Shown: positions 1 to 12,785 of the stretch, piece by piece
How positions within the stretch are numbered: the stretch's first letter is position 1
Layout: each line of letters opens with the position of its first letter
Source: Jimgerdemannia flammicorona
Lineage: Eukaryota
Assembly: GCA_003990765.1 (NCBI GenBank)
Contig: RBNJ01000356.1
Coordinates: forward strand, 1 to 32,285
Length of the DNA: 32,285 nt
Reading direction: 5' to 3'
Made by a program: the position numbers and the translations under genes
The notes under the pieces: generated by a model
Told to the model about the DNA's origin: nothing
Database searches by the model: none
What the model saw: only the letters and a program-made list of their open reading frames with translations

Positions 1-3000
1 CCAACCAGAACTTGGGGGGCAGCCACTGCCTCACCCTTTTGCTCCAAAGCCAGAGCCCATTCCAATCCCACTCTTCCCCGATTCCAACCCTCTGCCAGGC
101 TTCAGGCCACAGGTCTCCACCTAGGCCTCACAGGCACTCCAGACCCTCGCCAAGCTGAAAGTCCTCCACCGGAACACCACCCAAAAGAAGCCTGTCCCAT
201 CTCCACATCTGCGGTCCCCAAACCTCCTCGGCCTCATCACCTCGCCACCGAAGGCCGATTTTCCTAGCTCCATCCACCGCTCCCCACCAAAAGCCTGTAA
301 ACCGTATCCTCCGGCTCCCATCCATGGCCACCATTGCAAGCAGGTCGCCGGAGCCACCACGTGGGGAGTATTGAACCTCCCACAACCTCTGCATGAGCAG
401 CACCCACTCCCGACCTCTAAGCTCACCCGCCCTCCTTAGCTACCAGGCTCTCAGATACAAAAGCCACTTAGTAAAGTCCACTAAGCCCAGTCCACCTCTT
501 TCCAAGGGCAGTGTGAGCACCTCCCAACTAACCTGGCTCCGCCACCCTCCCCAAATCCATGACCTCGCCATCTTCAACAACCCCTTAACCACCCACAGTG
601 GGAAATCCAAATGATATCCAATATACCACAGCTTTGGCATCCAGTACACATTCAACACCATCACTCTACCAGCAAGGGACATATGCCGACCTCCCCACCA
701 TATCAAGACATCGCCCCACTCCAGTAGTTTACAGTCCCACTATGCCCGGGGAAGAAGAGATCCAAACACTGAGAAGTAGATCCCCAAGTAGCGCACTGGT
801 TCACCAGCTGGAACCACCATCCCAATAACATCACCTCCTACAATTCCAGTATCCAGCACCAGTGTCTCGCATTTGTGCCAGTTCAGTTTAGCACCAGAAC
901 CCCGCTCATACCATTCCACTGTCCTCTGCAACTCCCCAACATCCCCCAAGGAACCCAGTCCAACCACCATGTCATCGGCAAAGGCCCCCACCTTCCAGTT
1001 CACCTCCAAAATGTCCAAACCTCCAATCCTATGCCGAATCCTGTCCAGTAGTGGCTCTAGGGAAAGGGCATACAATATGGGTGACAAGGGGTCCCCTTGT
1101 GGCACCCCATGGCCCAGGGGGAAGGTCACTCCCCAGTGGCCATTGATGACCAATGCCACCTGACTGTCCTCCAAGAGTCTGATCAATGAACCTCAGAACC
1201 CTGGGGGGATACCAATCCACTTCAGCACTCCATCCAGCCATATTCTCCGCACTCTATCATAAGCCTTCTCCTGGTCCAGAAACACCAATCTGCTGTCCAC
1301 CCCTGTAGCCCGGGCCCCCTCAATCACTCCATGAACCCAGGCCGTTCCATCACAAATCAACCGACCACCGACAAATCCACATTGCTCCAAACCAAGCACT
1401 TGCTATGCAATCCCTTGCAACTGCAACACCAAGATTTTCGTCACTAGTTTGCGGTCCATGTCCAGAAGCATGATCGGCCGCCAGTTCTTCCAATCCTCCC
1501 TCCTGCCCTTATTCTTATATAGCAAGGAGACCAGCCCCAAGCACTGACCCCCAATCCAGGCACCAGACCGAAGAACTTCATCACACATAGCCATCATTTC
1601 CTCTAGTACCTCATGCACCCCTGTCATCTTCTGCCAAAAATCCCAGGGGAGTCCATCTTCTCCTGGGGCTGTCCCTTTACTCGAAGAAGCCACCACCTTG
1701 CAAATCTCCTCACCGCTCACCGGGTCCCCCAATGCCCCAAGTCCCATGGCAGGGTCTGGGTGCCAACCCCCCAGCTGCCTGTCAATGTCCTGAGCATCCA
1801 GTCCCCCTTCATCCTCACTCCAAAGGTTCCCCCACTGGGAATGCAAAAGGCCCAAAATCGCCAGAGTCCCCACCACCAGCTCACCATTCTCATCCAAAAC
1901 TCCTTCCCACTGCTGCCTCGTTTGTCGTGCTTGTAACAACCACAACAGGAACCTGGTAGGTCTCTCCCCTTCCTCTGGCCCCTGCCAGTGCAGGCAGGCC
2001 ACCATCCCCTGCAACTGCTCCTCTTCCTCCCTCCGAAGCACCCCTTTGAGCTCCTCCACCTCCTGCCGGATCCTCGCAATATGCCAATCAGTCTCGGCCC
2101 TATCCTCCAGCACACCCACCCATCTCTCCATGAGCACTGCCAAACGCCGTGAGGCCCACATCACCTGCTGCCTTCACTGAGCACACTTCCCTTTCCCCGC
2201 TTCCCTCCAATACCCCTGAGCCTTCACCTTCAACCTTCTCCAGCGGTCTCTAATCGCTGGTCCTTGATCCCACCACCTGCTGATAACACCAACCACCTCT
2301 GCTTTCCAACCCTCCCACAATGCCCTATCCTCCAAAAAGGAAGAATTTAGCTGCCAATGTCCAGGCCCATCCTCATTTCCCCCAAACCTCCCCCCTCCAA
2401 GCAACCCCCAGTGATCAGACCATGGACACCATACGACTCCCAGTACCATCCAGACATCTGCTCCCCAACACTCTGCTGTTAGAACCCAGTCAATCCTAGA
2501 GCCCAGTCCTGCTGCCCAATGGGTATACACCCACCGATCAGCCCAAAAATGTCTCCCTGAGTCCACTAAAGAATACAACCTTTCCATCTCCAACCAGTCT
2601 GCCAACCCACCACTTTCACCTCACATGCCTCTCCCTCCATCAGTCCTGTCCAGCTCCTTATCCCGTACCATGTTGAAGTCCCCTCCCATACAGTCTAACC
2701 CAACTTCTCCCAATAAACCAGCCTCTTTCAACCGGCAAATCCAATCCACTCTCTCCCCTCTCTCAGCCAGGCAGTAACAAGACCCAACCATCAGTGAGCC
2801 CCATCCAGGCCTCTTCCATACTCCCCACACCACCCATGACCCCCAATGTCCAATGTCCCCAATGTCCCCCATCCCTTTCCGAACAAGAATACCCACTTTC
2901 CCCCGCCAAACTGCCATACCCCCCATTCCTTAGTCCAATCCTGTAAATTCACATCTGCATCATACCGAACATCCTGTAACAAGAAGAGGTCCACATCCAA

Positions 3001-3090
3001 ACCCCGAAGCCAACCAAAGATGAACTTCCTCCTAGCCGCCCCCTGTAACCCATTAATGTTCAATGAGAATATTCTAGTTATACTGTTCAT
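1..3090 (-). pseudogene. LINE-A ORF2 (APE endonuclease + reverse transcriptase), broken by stops and frameshifts
   Basis: APE motifs: SLNINGL, LLQD, GGDFN, SRIDWVL, SDH. RT motifs: APGEDGLP, NWRPIMLL, QCGFVGGR, DQEKAYDRV, GVPQGDPLSP, FADD, LNWHKC, RYLG. Downstream LPLERGGLG. Confidence 0.95.
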
Positions 3091-3121
3091 ATTGAATAGA
3101 TATTGTAGAAGAGACCCCAGC

Positions 3122-5038
3122 CTATAACTCCATACTCATCTCATCCCTTGCCACGTCCAAGCGCCGCTCAGCTTCCAACTCATCCTCTGCAATATCCTGA
3201 GCATCCAATGCCCCTAAGATTTCCTGACACTCCACCCTGTCCACCTCCTCCATATCTACCCTATAATCCAAGCAGACAGCGTGCCACTTCTCTAGTCCCT
3301 TCCTCGAGTTCCACAAGAAAAGCGCCCTGTCACTCGCAATCCTTCTAAGCTCCTCCTCCCACTGATCATCCACCTGATACTCAACAGACTCCAGGAGGAC
3401 AGCCAGAATCTCATTCCTCATCTTCCTCGGCACCTCTTCCCCATGTAGAATCTCCTCCCAATACCTCTCCTCCATCACCCTAAAGTCCTCACCCCCCAGC
3501 TCTTCAGCCACCACCCCTTCCAGGGTCTTCCACATCTACTTCTCCTCATCCACTGCCTCTGCCGCCCCCTGGGCGATTTGTCTGCCATCCACCTCAGAGT
3601 CCACCAGCGCACTTCTCCTCACCGACTCATCCCACTCCTCATCCGGCACATCTATCAGCTCCTCCTCACCCTCTGCTCCATCCGGAACACTATACTAAGG
3701 GTGCACACCCTCACCCATTTCGGCATCCACCTCCAAATTGCCCTCCCTCCTCTCCCCACCTCCAATCTGATTGCCACCCTGGGCCAACCCTCCCCCTTCA
3801 GCCCAGGCACTCTCCTGTGACCCTGCAACTCCCTCCCTTGAGCTTCCTCCAATCTCATCCCCTCCCAACTTCGCCAACAACTCCTTCTGGATCCTCCTCC
3901 CCTGCATCTTCTCCCAGGCCCCCTTTTCCATCCTGACCCTCTTCCCATCCACTTCTCCCACAACCGTCCTGGCCTCAAACTCCTTCCAGGCCAATCTCCT
4001 TCTCGCCACTGCCCCTTCCAGGTCCTCCAGAGCCTCCAACAGGTCTTCCTCCTCCTCCAGAGTCCCCTTCACCCTGGTGACCTTACACTCTACCTGCCCC
4101 CACCTCAGTGCTGCCGGCCAGTCCCTCAACTTCCCCATATTCTCCTTCCCAGCCAGCCTCACCCTGACATCGACATCACCCATCCTGAGCTCCGTGCCCT
4201 CCCAGACCTTGAATCCGACATCCACAATCTCGCCATACTCCTTGATCGCCTCCACAACCAGTTCCCTTGTCCACTCCTTCAATACAGTGGGGAGATCCAA
4301 GACCATCAACTGCACCACTCGGGGGTCCCACCATATGCACCGGGCCATAGGGACCACAACCCCACCAACTGTCACCCCCTTCTCCATGGCCGCCAACAAG
4401 GCATCTTCCTCCTCAAACCCTACCTCCACCCCTTCTTTTCCCCTCAAAAACTTCACCGACGCAGCTTCTTTAGCCTCCTGCACCACAAGCCCCAAGATCA
4501 TTCTTGCTGTCACCACCAAGCCCCGGAAGCACATCATGACCGCAAATTCCGACCTCGACTTCTTGAGTAACGGGGCTGACACCATGCCCATCATACCATC
4601 TGCCAGGTCCCCAGGCCTCGTGCCCACTCCTCGACCCAAACCGTCAACCGCCATCATATCTGGATTTTTTGCCAGATCCCCAGTCACAACCTCATCAGCA
4701 GTCACATTGCCGGCCCCTACTCCCGCCCCTCCCCTACCACCAGAGACACCCCTGGGTACACCTCTTGAGCCTCCAGCGGCCGCCGTCGATGCCTTCCCTA
4801 AGCCCAGCCAACCATCCAAGCCTGAGGCCATCTGCCCCATCCTGACCTTATCAGCGAAGGTCGACCTCTCCCCACCATGCTGCCTCAGCCCATCTCTCCC
4901 TCCACCACCAGGATCTCGGCCTGCCATCGAGGCCCCTGGTATCCCCAAACCATCTTCCCTCCTCCCCACCTGCTGCCAGCCAAAGGCACCAGCACTCCCC
5001 TGGCCAGTATACTCACCAGTTTGAACATCACTATCTAT
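3122..5038 (-). pseudogene. LINE-A ORF1 (RRM-like region, acidic C-terminus, no CCHC knuckle seen)
   Basis: Track ORFs 3695-4969 and 3122-3535 are in one frame, separated by two TAG codons (3695, 3536). The probable start is ATA at 5038. The ORF lies immediately upstream of ORF2. Confidence 0.8.
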
Positions 5039-5104
5039 GTTGATAGTCGCTGAACACCAAAAACATTGTGAAAAGTGTTGTCGAAGTCTTGTGTCACCTG
5101 AATG

Positions 5105-5946
5105 TTACTGGTGAAAGGTGTGCTCCACTACTATCACTATAGACACTCCTTTTACTAGCAGTTGGACTACCCTCAGATCCCACTTCAGGCAATGCGCCAT
5201 TAGAATACACACCTCCCCAACTACCAATCCAACCTTCAGCACCTCCTCCAGTGGCCCAGCCTCCTCAAAACCCACCTCCACTCCCTCCAGTCCCTTCAAA
5301 AACTTCACTGATGCAGCTCCTGCCACCTGCTTAGCAATAAGCCCTAGCACCATTTTCACCATCACTGCTAAGCCCCAGAAGTACAGTGTAACCATAAATA
5401 CCAAGATTGATTTTTTGAGTAATAGGGCCACTGTCAGGCCCATCATGCCATCTACCAAATCTCCTTGTCTTCTAAGCCTCAGCCACTCAACCTTGCCATC
5501 AGCCATCATATCTGGATTTTTTTCCAGATTTGCAGTCCCAATACCATCAGCAGTCACACTCCCCCCAGCCACTACTCCCCCAGCTCCATTGCCCCCCCTT
5601 CTAAGGGCTACTCCCCCATGTACTGCTGCCTTCTCGGTCTCCTTGCCCCTCCTCAGCCAGTCCTCCAGCCCTGATGCCTGCTGTCTCCCCTTTACCATCT
5701 CTGCAAAGCTCACCCTCCCAGACCCTTGACCTCCACCATTACCTCCACCCCTTCCACATCCATCCACCAGCAGCCCCCTCATGCCCCCCCCCAGGCCCAG
5801 GCCCCTCCCCACCTGCTGTCAGTCAAAAGTACTTGGGCCACCCTGCCTAGTACATATCTCATATTGCCTATTAGTCACTATGTTGTTAGTCTCTTTTCTC
5901 CAAAAACGATGTTGTAGTATCTTCCAAAGATTGTGTAACCTGAATG
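5105..5946 (-). mobile_element. LINE-B: 5' UTR and N-terminal ORF1 of a related LINE, interrupted or truncated at ~5105
   Basis: ORF 5105-5812 parallels LINE-A ORF1 (SFAEMV..GQQASGL, KNPDMMA, ASVKFL.G.EGVEVGFEE, VVQL.V). Its 5' end is CATTCAGGTTACACAA. Confidence 0.88.
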
Positions 5947-7006
5947 GTATGCACAATTGGCCCTTCTATCAGTCAGCCTCAGAGGACCTACCAGAGATAA
6001 GTTCAATATAGTCACTATTGCTGATAATAGTGTAGCCAAACTTGCCAACATGAAGGCCTTCCTCAGAATAACATACTATACTGAAGAGATCAAACAAGCT
6101 CTCAAGAATCAACACAACACTATCTGCCAGGGACTCAGTGAAGATCCCAACTCATTCTATATCCAAATTTGCTACCAGATTGTCTTGGCTAACTATGATG
6201 ATGTTTTTAAGGAACAAATAGTAGATTCAACCTTCCTTAAAGGAGTTCACTCTGAAATTGCCCTAGCAATCTAGTCTACCCCAGCTGCACTGACTCTTGA
6301 TCAGAAAGTAGTCTTTGTATAGAGATATTGGACTGCCAGATATCCTGCTGAACACTCAATAGAGAAAATAACTGGCATCAAGATAGAGCCATCAAAGCCA
6401 ACTATTATTATACCTGCTACAGTTGTAAACAGACAACCAACCTCACCTACTCCCAAGACAGCCAAAGTCAACCCAGTAGAGGAACTCACCAAGCAGTTCA
6501 CTGAGATGACTGTACACCTTAGTGATGTTGTTAGAGAAGTCTGAAGTTTCAACAGGAGATCAGTACAGAGATTTGCAGCTACTATAGAAGAATGTAATAT
6601 CATATGCTTCAGATGTAGAGAAGGCCACTATGCAAAGAATTGCATGACCAAAACAAGATGCAAAGCCCAACTAAGTAATGCTAGTAGAACCAGAGAACAA
6701 ACCAATGCAGTAGTCATTGAGGAGATTGATAATACTGATGATGAAGAATACTATGAGGAGCTCAAATTCTACCCTACTACTGAAGGTACCAGAATCTGGT
6801 CCAAGCTCTATGACAAGAAGAGTAATACCAAGCCAGTTGGAAGACCAAAGAAGACTCTGGCTATCACTATTCAAAGCAAGACACAACCCAAGGAGATTGA
6901 TCAAGACATGGAGTTAGATGAAGCTGTCTGCCAAATCATTGAAGACATGAGAAAGCAAAAGCAAGAAGGAATAGAAGCTGTGCAAGACCAAGATCCATTA
7001 GTATAA
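5947..7006 (+). pseudogene. gag: Gypsy-1 gag remnant with Zn knuckle
   Basis: Capsid-like QGLSEDPNSFY...FLKGV. CFRCREGHYAKNC at 6605-6643. Confidence 0.75.
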
Positions 7007-7229
7007 TATCTATAAAGATCTCAAGGAATAGAAGGTCAATGCTACTTTTGGACAGCTAGCCAAAGTCCCTGCCTTCAGACAGCAGTTGAGAGTAGGACTT
7101 ACAACTACTACCAAGAATCAAGAGTACAAGATTGTAGAAGCTCACAATGTACAGGAAGAATCAGAAGACTCAGGTAAAGAATCTGAAGACCAGCATAAGA
7201 TATCAGCTTATACCCTATATCAGATCAAA

Positions 7230-7570
7230 GATTGTATCTTTGATGTCATCATTGATACTGGTGCTGGAGGATGCCTCATGAGCAAGAAGACAATTGACTG
7301 CCTAGGCTGGGACATTGAAGAGTCTACCAAGATGGTCTATGTTATAGCAGATGGTATATGAGCTATCCTCCTTGGCAAAATCTGAGAAGTCCCCATCAAG
7401 ATAGAAGAAGCTACCATCCCAGTAGATGTGATTGTTACAAGCATCACCAACTATGATATTCTCATTGGCAACCAATGGCTTCACAAGGCCAAGGCCATCA
7501 TTGACCTCAATGCTCAGAAGATGCAGATCAACTATAGAGGAAGAAAGGTATGAGTCCCTATTAATATCTA
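7230..7570 (+). pseudogene. pol: Gypsy-1 aspartic protease domain
   Basis: VIIDTGAGGCLMS, IADG, YDILIGNQWL. Confidence 0.88.
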
Positions 7571-7917
7571 CAAAGAAGTTCTACCAGACATGGAGGAAGG
7601 AGATGAAGAGGATACAGAAGTCTTCATGCACTTGGTGAACAAGAACAAGAACAAAAACAAGACACCCAAGCTCACAGATAAGCAGTGGTACAATAAGATC
7701 ATTGATGGCTATGCCCCTCAAGGAAGATACCCCCATGGTAAATGTACTGCTCTGAACACCTGAATAACTACTGGTCCTATATCAGTGAAGTCAGAAAAAT
7801 CTGCCAACAGAAATATGAGCAAGAAGCCACTAAAGCAAAAAGGAAAGCCAAAGAAGATGACCAGCCCCCTGAGCTTCAAGCTGACAGTGATGATGAGGAG
7901 GAATAAGAATCAGACAT

Positions 7918-8340
7918 CACCCTCAAGGTCAAGAAGTTTCACCCTGAAGCCAAGATCCCAGAATACAAGACTGAAGGAACCATAGAAATGGACCTTGCCA
8001 GCATTCAAGATGCTATCCTTAAACCATAGACCACCACCCTACTTGGCACTGGAATTGGAGTCAAGCTGTCAGAGAACTATACTAGAATTATCAAGATCAG
8101 GAACAGTCTGGCCAAAAGTGAAATCTCAGTTAAAGGAGGAGTAATTGACCCTGATTATACTTGTGATATCTTCCTTATAGTCAGAAATCACAACCCCACC
8201 ACCCCATTTGAAGTCAAGAAGCATGACAGGATTGGCCAAATATTGATCCATGAAATCAAGAAGCCCAAGATCACTGAAGCCATCAAACTTATCAAGACTA
8301 AGAGAGGAGAACAAGGCTTTAGATCTACTGGAAGAGGAGC
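7918..8340 (+). pseudogene. dut: Gypsy-1 dUTPase domain
   Basis: AKIPEYKTEG..EMDL, RNSLAK, GGVIDPDY, DRIGQI, RGEQGFRSTG (motifs I-V, eroded, one internal stop). Confidence 0.88.
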
Positions 8341-8519
8341 TTATGCCACTACCAAGATTACCAAACTTGAGCACAAGAAAGACAGGGACCAGAATAAGCA
8401 CACATATACCATTGGAGAAAGCTTTCCTCTAGAAGAACAACTTCTCAAGATCCTGCACCAGAATGAAGAAGTACTTACTACAGACTTCAGGGATATCCAC
8501 AATCAAGAACCCAAGTACT

Positions 8520-9810
8520 ACTATAAAGTTGATACTGGTGATACCAAGCCCATCTACCAGAAAGCCAGATCTATACCACCTGTCTACAGAGAATGGCTGC
8601 AAGCAGAACTCAAGGAAATGAAAGAAGTCAGAATCATCAAGTAAGCTATTAGTCTCTGAGCTTCACCCATTGTCCTTGCCCCAAAGAAAGGAAGTAAGCC
8701 TGGAGAGTTTGCACCAAAACTCTGCATTGACTACAGGAAGCTCAATGCAATCACCAAGAAGGATAGACAGCCCTTGCCAAATATTCAAGAAATTCTTACC
8801 ACTCTTGGAAGTGAAGCCAAATACTACACTATCTTAGATCTATTCTCAGGCTTCTATCAGATTGATCTCACTCAAGATGCCAGTGAGAAATCAGTCTTCA
8901 TTATATCTAATGCCACCTATATCTACCTGTGAATGACATTTGGAATATGCAATGCCCCAGTAAGTTTCAGCAAATGATGAACAGAGTCTTCAGCAACAAG
9001 ATTGGAAAATGGCTCTTTGTCTATGTTGATAATGTGATCATCTTCAGCAACATTATACAGGAATATGTCAACTATATACAGCTAGCCCTCAAGAAGCTCA
9101 AGGAGCATAGCCTCTACATCAAGCCCAAGAAATGCAAGTTTGTAGCTCAGGAAATTGCCTACCTAGGACACCTCATCAACCAGACCAGAATCCATACAGA
9201 TCCCACAAAGATTGAGACTGTTGCAGCCTACCCAAGACCTAGAACAACTACAGAAGTTCATGCCTTTCTTGGACTGGCCAGCTATTATAAAAGATTCATC
9301 AAAGGATACTCCAACATTGCAGCACCTATCTATGAGCTACTGAAGAAGGAAACCAAATTCAAATGGACCAAGAAACCTTCAATAAACTCAAGACTAGGTT
9401 GATCCAAGTACCTATTCTCAGAAGACCAGATTGGAACCTAGAATTCATCCTGCAGACAGATGTAAGTGCTATAGATCTTGGAGCAGTCCTAGCTCAGAAG
9501 AAAGATGGACATAAATATGTCATCACCTATGCAAGCCAAGGTACCTATAGAGTAGAACAGAACTACAAGTCATGTAAGCTCAAATGCTTAGTAGTAGTTT
9601 GGGTAGTAGACAAGTTCCACTACTACTTAGCTGGGAAACACTTCACTGTTCAAACAGACCATTCTGCTCTTATCTGGCTATTCTACACTCTGAACCCTAA
9701 AGGAATATATGCTAGATAGATCTACAGACTGCAAGAGTATGACTGTACTGTTAAGCACTACTCAGGAAGAACCAATACCAATACTGATGTACTCTCAAGG
9801 ATACCCTGAA
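8520..9810 (+). pseudogene. pol: Gypsy-1 reverse transcriptase + RNase H
   Basis: ASPIVL, LCIDYRKLN, DLFSGFYQI, YVDN (eroded YVDD), YLGH, FLGLASYY, FILQTDVS, TDHSAL. Confidence 0.93.
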
Positions 9811-9834
9811 ATATCCCCATCAAGACTATTCAAT

Positions 9835-10576
9835 ATGAATAAGGAGTTATACTATGGATTAATCAGCTATCTTAGGCAGCAGAAGGTGCCCAACCATCTC
9901 AAACTCTAGACAATCACTATCATCAACCAGACTTGGAAACAGTTTAAACTAGACAATACTATACTTAGAAAAGAATGAAAGCTAGTAATATCCAAACACA
10001 AGAAGTATCAAGTAATGAAGGAAGTATATGAGCAAGGATACCTAGGAGGAACCAATACATATAATAAGGTAAGAAGAACTATGTATTAATCCAAAATAGA
10101 AGAAGACCTGTGCCAATATGTCAAAGAGTGTGACAAGTATCAAAAACAGAAATAAGATCAGTAAGACCAGGTACCCAGGTCATCAAGAATTGAGCCTATT
10201 CCCTTCCACCACATCATAATAGATATTATTAGGCCACTATTAGTAATACTATCAGGAAACCACTATATTATAGTTATTGTAGACCTCTTTACCAAATAGA
10301 TAGAAGCAGGAGTATTACAAGAAGCCAATGCTCTCTCTATAGCCAACTTCCTGCACTGAAAATCATCTGCCACTACAAGACACTGAAGCAAATCACAACA
10401 GACCATAGCATAGAATTTGTCAATGGATTCCATGAGATAATGTATCAGAAATACAAGATTCAGCACATCAAGACTACTATGTACCACTCTCAAGAAAATG
10501 GACAGATAGAAAGAACCAACAAGACCCTCAAGAATATCCTGGTAAAGATCTCAGAGATATATGAGAATTGGGATAA

Positions 10577-10612
<36 letters not shown>

Positions 10613-11065
10613 ATTAGGATAACTACCTCCCAACTGCCCTCTCTGTCCTATGAGATATATGGTCACAAAGCACACACTTTACCCCAAAAGAACTGCTCTT
10701 TGGAGAAGAAGATTCTGATAGAACCTCAGCTACAAATCTAGATCTAACTTAGAGACAGGTCAATGCAGAAATCTGGAGACTACACCAAATCAGGAAGAAG
10801 GCTGAAGATTACATCATCAAGTCACAAGAACTGATAAGAAAAAATGCAGAGAAGAATCACAAGACCCTAGAACTCATCCAAATTGAAGAAAAGGTCCTAC
10901 TATATTGAAATATGGTAGAAGCCTTATAGTTGTAAAAACTGGAGCCCAAATAGGAAGGACCTTTCTATATACAAGATATCAAGAGAACTACCTTCTGGCT
11001 TAGAAAAATCTCAGAGACCATACTGCCTACCATGGTATATAGGAACAGACTCAAGAAGTACTATG
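9835..11065 (+). pseudogene. pol: Gypsy-1 integrase, with GPF motif and no chromodomain, interrupted by a polyA insertion
   Basis: VKECDK(Y)QK, IDII.PL, VDLFTK, ITTD...EF, YH.QENGQ.ERTNKTLK, KLEPK*EGPF. Confidence 0.88.
10565..10624 (+). mobile_element. PolyA-only TPRT insertion with 14 bp target-site duplication
   Basis: GAATTGGGATAACT - A32 (10579-10610) - GAATTAGGATAACT. Confidence 0.85.
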
Positions 11066-11430
11066 AACCTATACAAGAGAAGCAAAATATGATGACTGCC
11101 CATGAGGTTCTAGTTTGCAAATTGTAACAGCATGTTCTGTGACCAGCAGACTATCTGTCTGGACCATTCTCTAAGGGATATAGCACCAGCAACTACTCAT
11201 CCATGAGACTTTCAAAGCTAGAGGAGTTCAAATCATCAACTGATTGGTCAAGATCAGAATCAGGCCCTTGCTCTATATGAAGGGAGCAACTTTTCATCAT
11301 TATGCCAAAATACAAAGAGAAGACATCAGCCCATAAATACCACTTTTTGACTCCTTGCCAGAGGTTATGGGATCAGCAAATTTTTCAGGACTGGACCAAT
11401 GAATAAGGACATTCAAGAAGATCCTTATTT

Positions 11431-11440
11431 AGGAGGAAGA
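11431..11440 (+). promoter_or_regulatory. Polypurine tract of Gypsy-1
   Basis: AGGAGGAAGA directly precedes the LTR start (TATAATGG, eroded TG). Homology to the copy at 21448-23008 stops exactly here. Confidence 0.7.
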
Positions 11441-11682
11441 TATAATGGTAACTTCAGAATGATGACATTAGTACAGGAGACAGCCTTTTCTTATAAGCCA
11501 CCAGATCAGAACACAAAAAGATCATATGGTATATAAGATGAGCAATAATGACCAACTATGAGTCATTGTGACCATAGTATAAGTATCTTGAGAAATATAA
11601 AAGAAGGATCAAGGAACTGCAGTAGCAGCAATCAACAAGACCCACCAATCCCAAAATAGCTCAAAGACTTACTACAAATAAA

Positions 11683-12524
11683 ATGCCTGCTACTCACCAA
11701 ACCTCAAGGTCAAGAAACTACCAAGATACCTCAGTTGAAGAAAGGATATTCCAAGATATCAGAAGAGCCATGAGGACCCACTCAAGAGGACTCCTAGTGT
11801 CAACCTGGGTACTGGTGACTCTTATCATTATATTCTCTATCACTATGAAATGGAAACAAGAATCACCATTGCTACTGAATGTCTCCAAATGTAGCAGGAG
11901 TATGAAATAGAAAACCTCCTCTACCAGAAGTTCCCACAGGCCAGCACTCAAGAGCTATAAGATACTACTCCCATAGATATATATGAAACAAAGATAGCTA
12001 AGAAGATCCATCAGATCTTCAGGCATGCACTATGGTTGATCTCCAACTTTGAGTATATTAGAGTCTCAGACTTCAGAGACCTATCAGCCTGATGTATCAA
12101 TGCACTAGAAGCCAGAGTGGTTATAGAAGCCCAGTCCACTATCACTCTTGACAGCAACAAAGTAGAAGACTTCTGGCATCCCATCCTCCAGAACAACCCA
12201 GACCAATTCCTGCAAGAATTGATCTCAGTATTCCAAGGCCCAAGCATCCAGATTAGACCTCCCCAAGACCCCACATTTGTCCCCTATTTTGTGGAAGAGA
12301 ACCTCATAGACTGGAGAGCTCCAGACCTCCTTATTCCCACCACTACTAAATGTGATGACATCATTGGTGATAACATCATCCCATGTAACATACATGAAAC
12401 ATGTGATATATACAAAACACATAATCTACACAATGATAACAAATTCACAGACCTTATCTCCTTCAAAGATATTCTGACCTCTGATGAGGATGAAGCCCCT
12501 ATAGTCTTGAACATTCTACTCTAA
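11683..12524 (+). pseudogene. LTR-encoded uncharacterised protein (~280 aa reconstructed)
   Basis: Starts MPATHQ. A 1 nt frameshift near 11785 is repaired in the copy at 21942-22766. Contains KIHQIFRHALW, homologous to the Gypsy-2 LTR ORF. Confidence 0.75.
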
Positions 12525-12537
12525 GGTCCTTTGGTGG

Positions 12538-12630
12538 TACTGAATTATGCTAGCACCAGCATTCTGATATGATACTGAATTATGCCAGCACTGGCATTCT
12601 GATGTGACACTAAATTATACCAGTATCCTG
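12538..12630 (+). repeat. ~35 bp tandem repeat (2.6 copies) in the LTR, candidate enhancer
   Basis: TACTGAATTATGCYAGCACYRGCATTCTGATRTGA units. Related short repeats occur at 21810-21925 and 19610-19680. Confidence 0.7.
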
Positions 12631-12752
12631 AATCTATATAACTATCAGTGCTGACCCTGGAACTTAGCAGTTTTTTCTGTTCTGGCATTTTATTTTAGTT
12701 ATTGAAATTTATATTTAGCTTTATATCTTAGCAACCATTGAATTATATTTTG

Positions 12753-12785
12753 TATAAATACCCCTCTTATTTCTTTTGAAATAAA
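12753..12785 (+). promoter_or_regulatory. Candidate LTR TATA box (12753) and polyadenylation signal (12780)
   Basis: TATAAATA then AATAAA. Both are retained in the LTR copies near 21655-21685 and 19450-19482. Confidence 0.55.

Larger units (their letters stand above)
1..5104 (-). mobile_element. Non-LTR retrotransposon LINE-A (L1/Tx1-like), intact 5' end, 3' end beyond window, inactivated
   Basis: ORF1 is followed by ORF2 with APE and RT motifs on a G-rich coding strand. The 5' end CATTCAGGTGACACAA at 5104 is shared with LINE-B. Confidence 0.93.

Noticed and set aside
3771..5024. 417 aa plus-strand ORF (and 5118-5729)
   Set aside because: Antisense shadow of the G-rich LINE ORF1. Ser/Pro/Thr-rich, TTG start, no motifs.
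6995..7010. Programmed gag-pol frameshift in Gypsy-1
   Set aside because: No slippery heptamer is seen and the equivalent Gypsy-2 region is in one frame, so it is likely a decay indel.
11683..12524. LTR ORF as an env gene
   Set aside because: No signal peptide. The hydrophobic stretch in track ORF 11683-11910 arises from a frameshift that is absent in the second copy.
12538..12630. 35 bp repeats as a CRISPR array
   Set aside because: Directly tandem without spacers, inside a eukaryotic LTR, and no cas genes.
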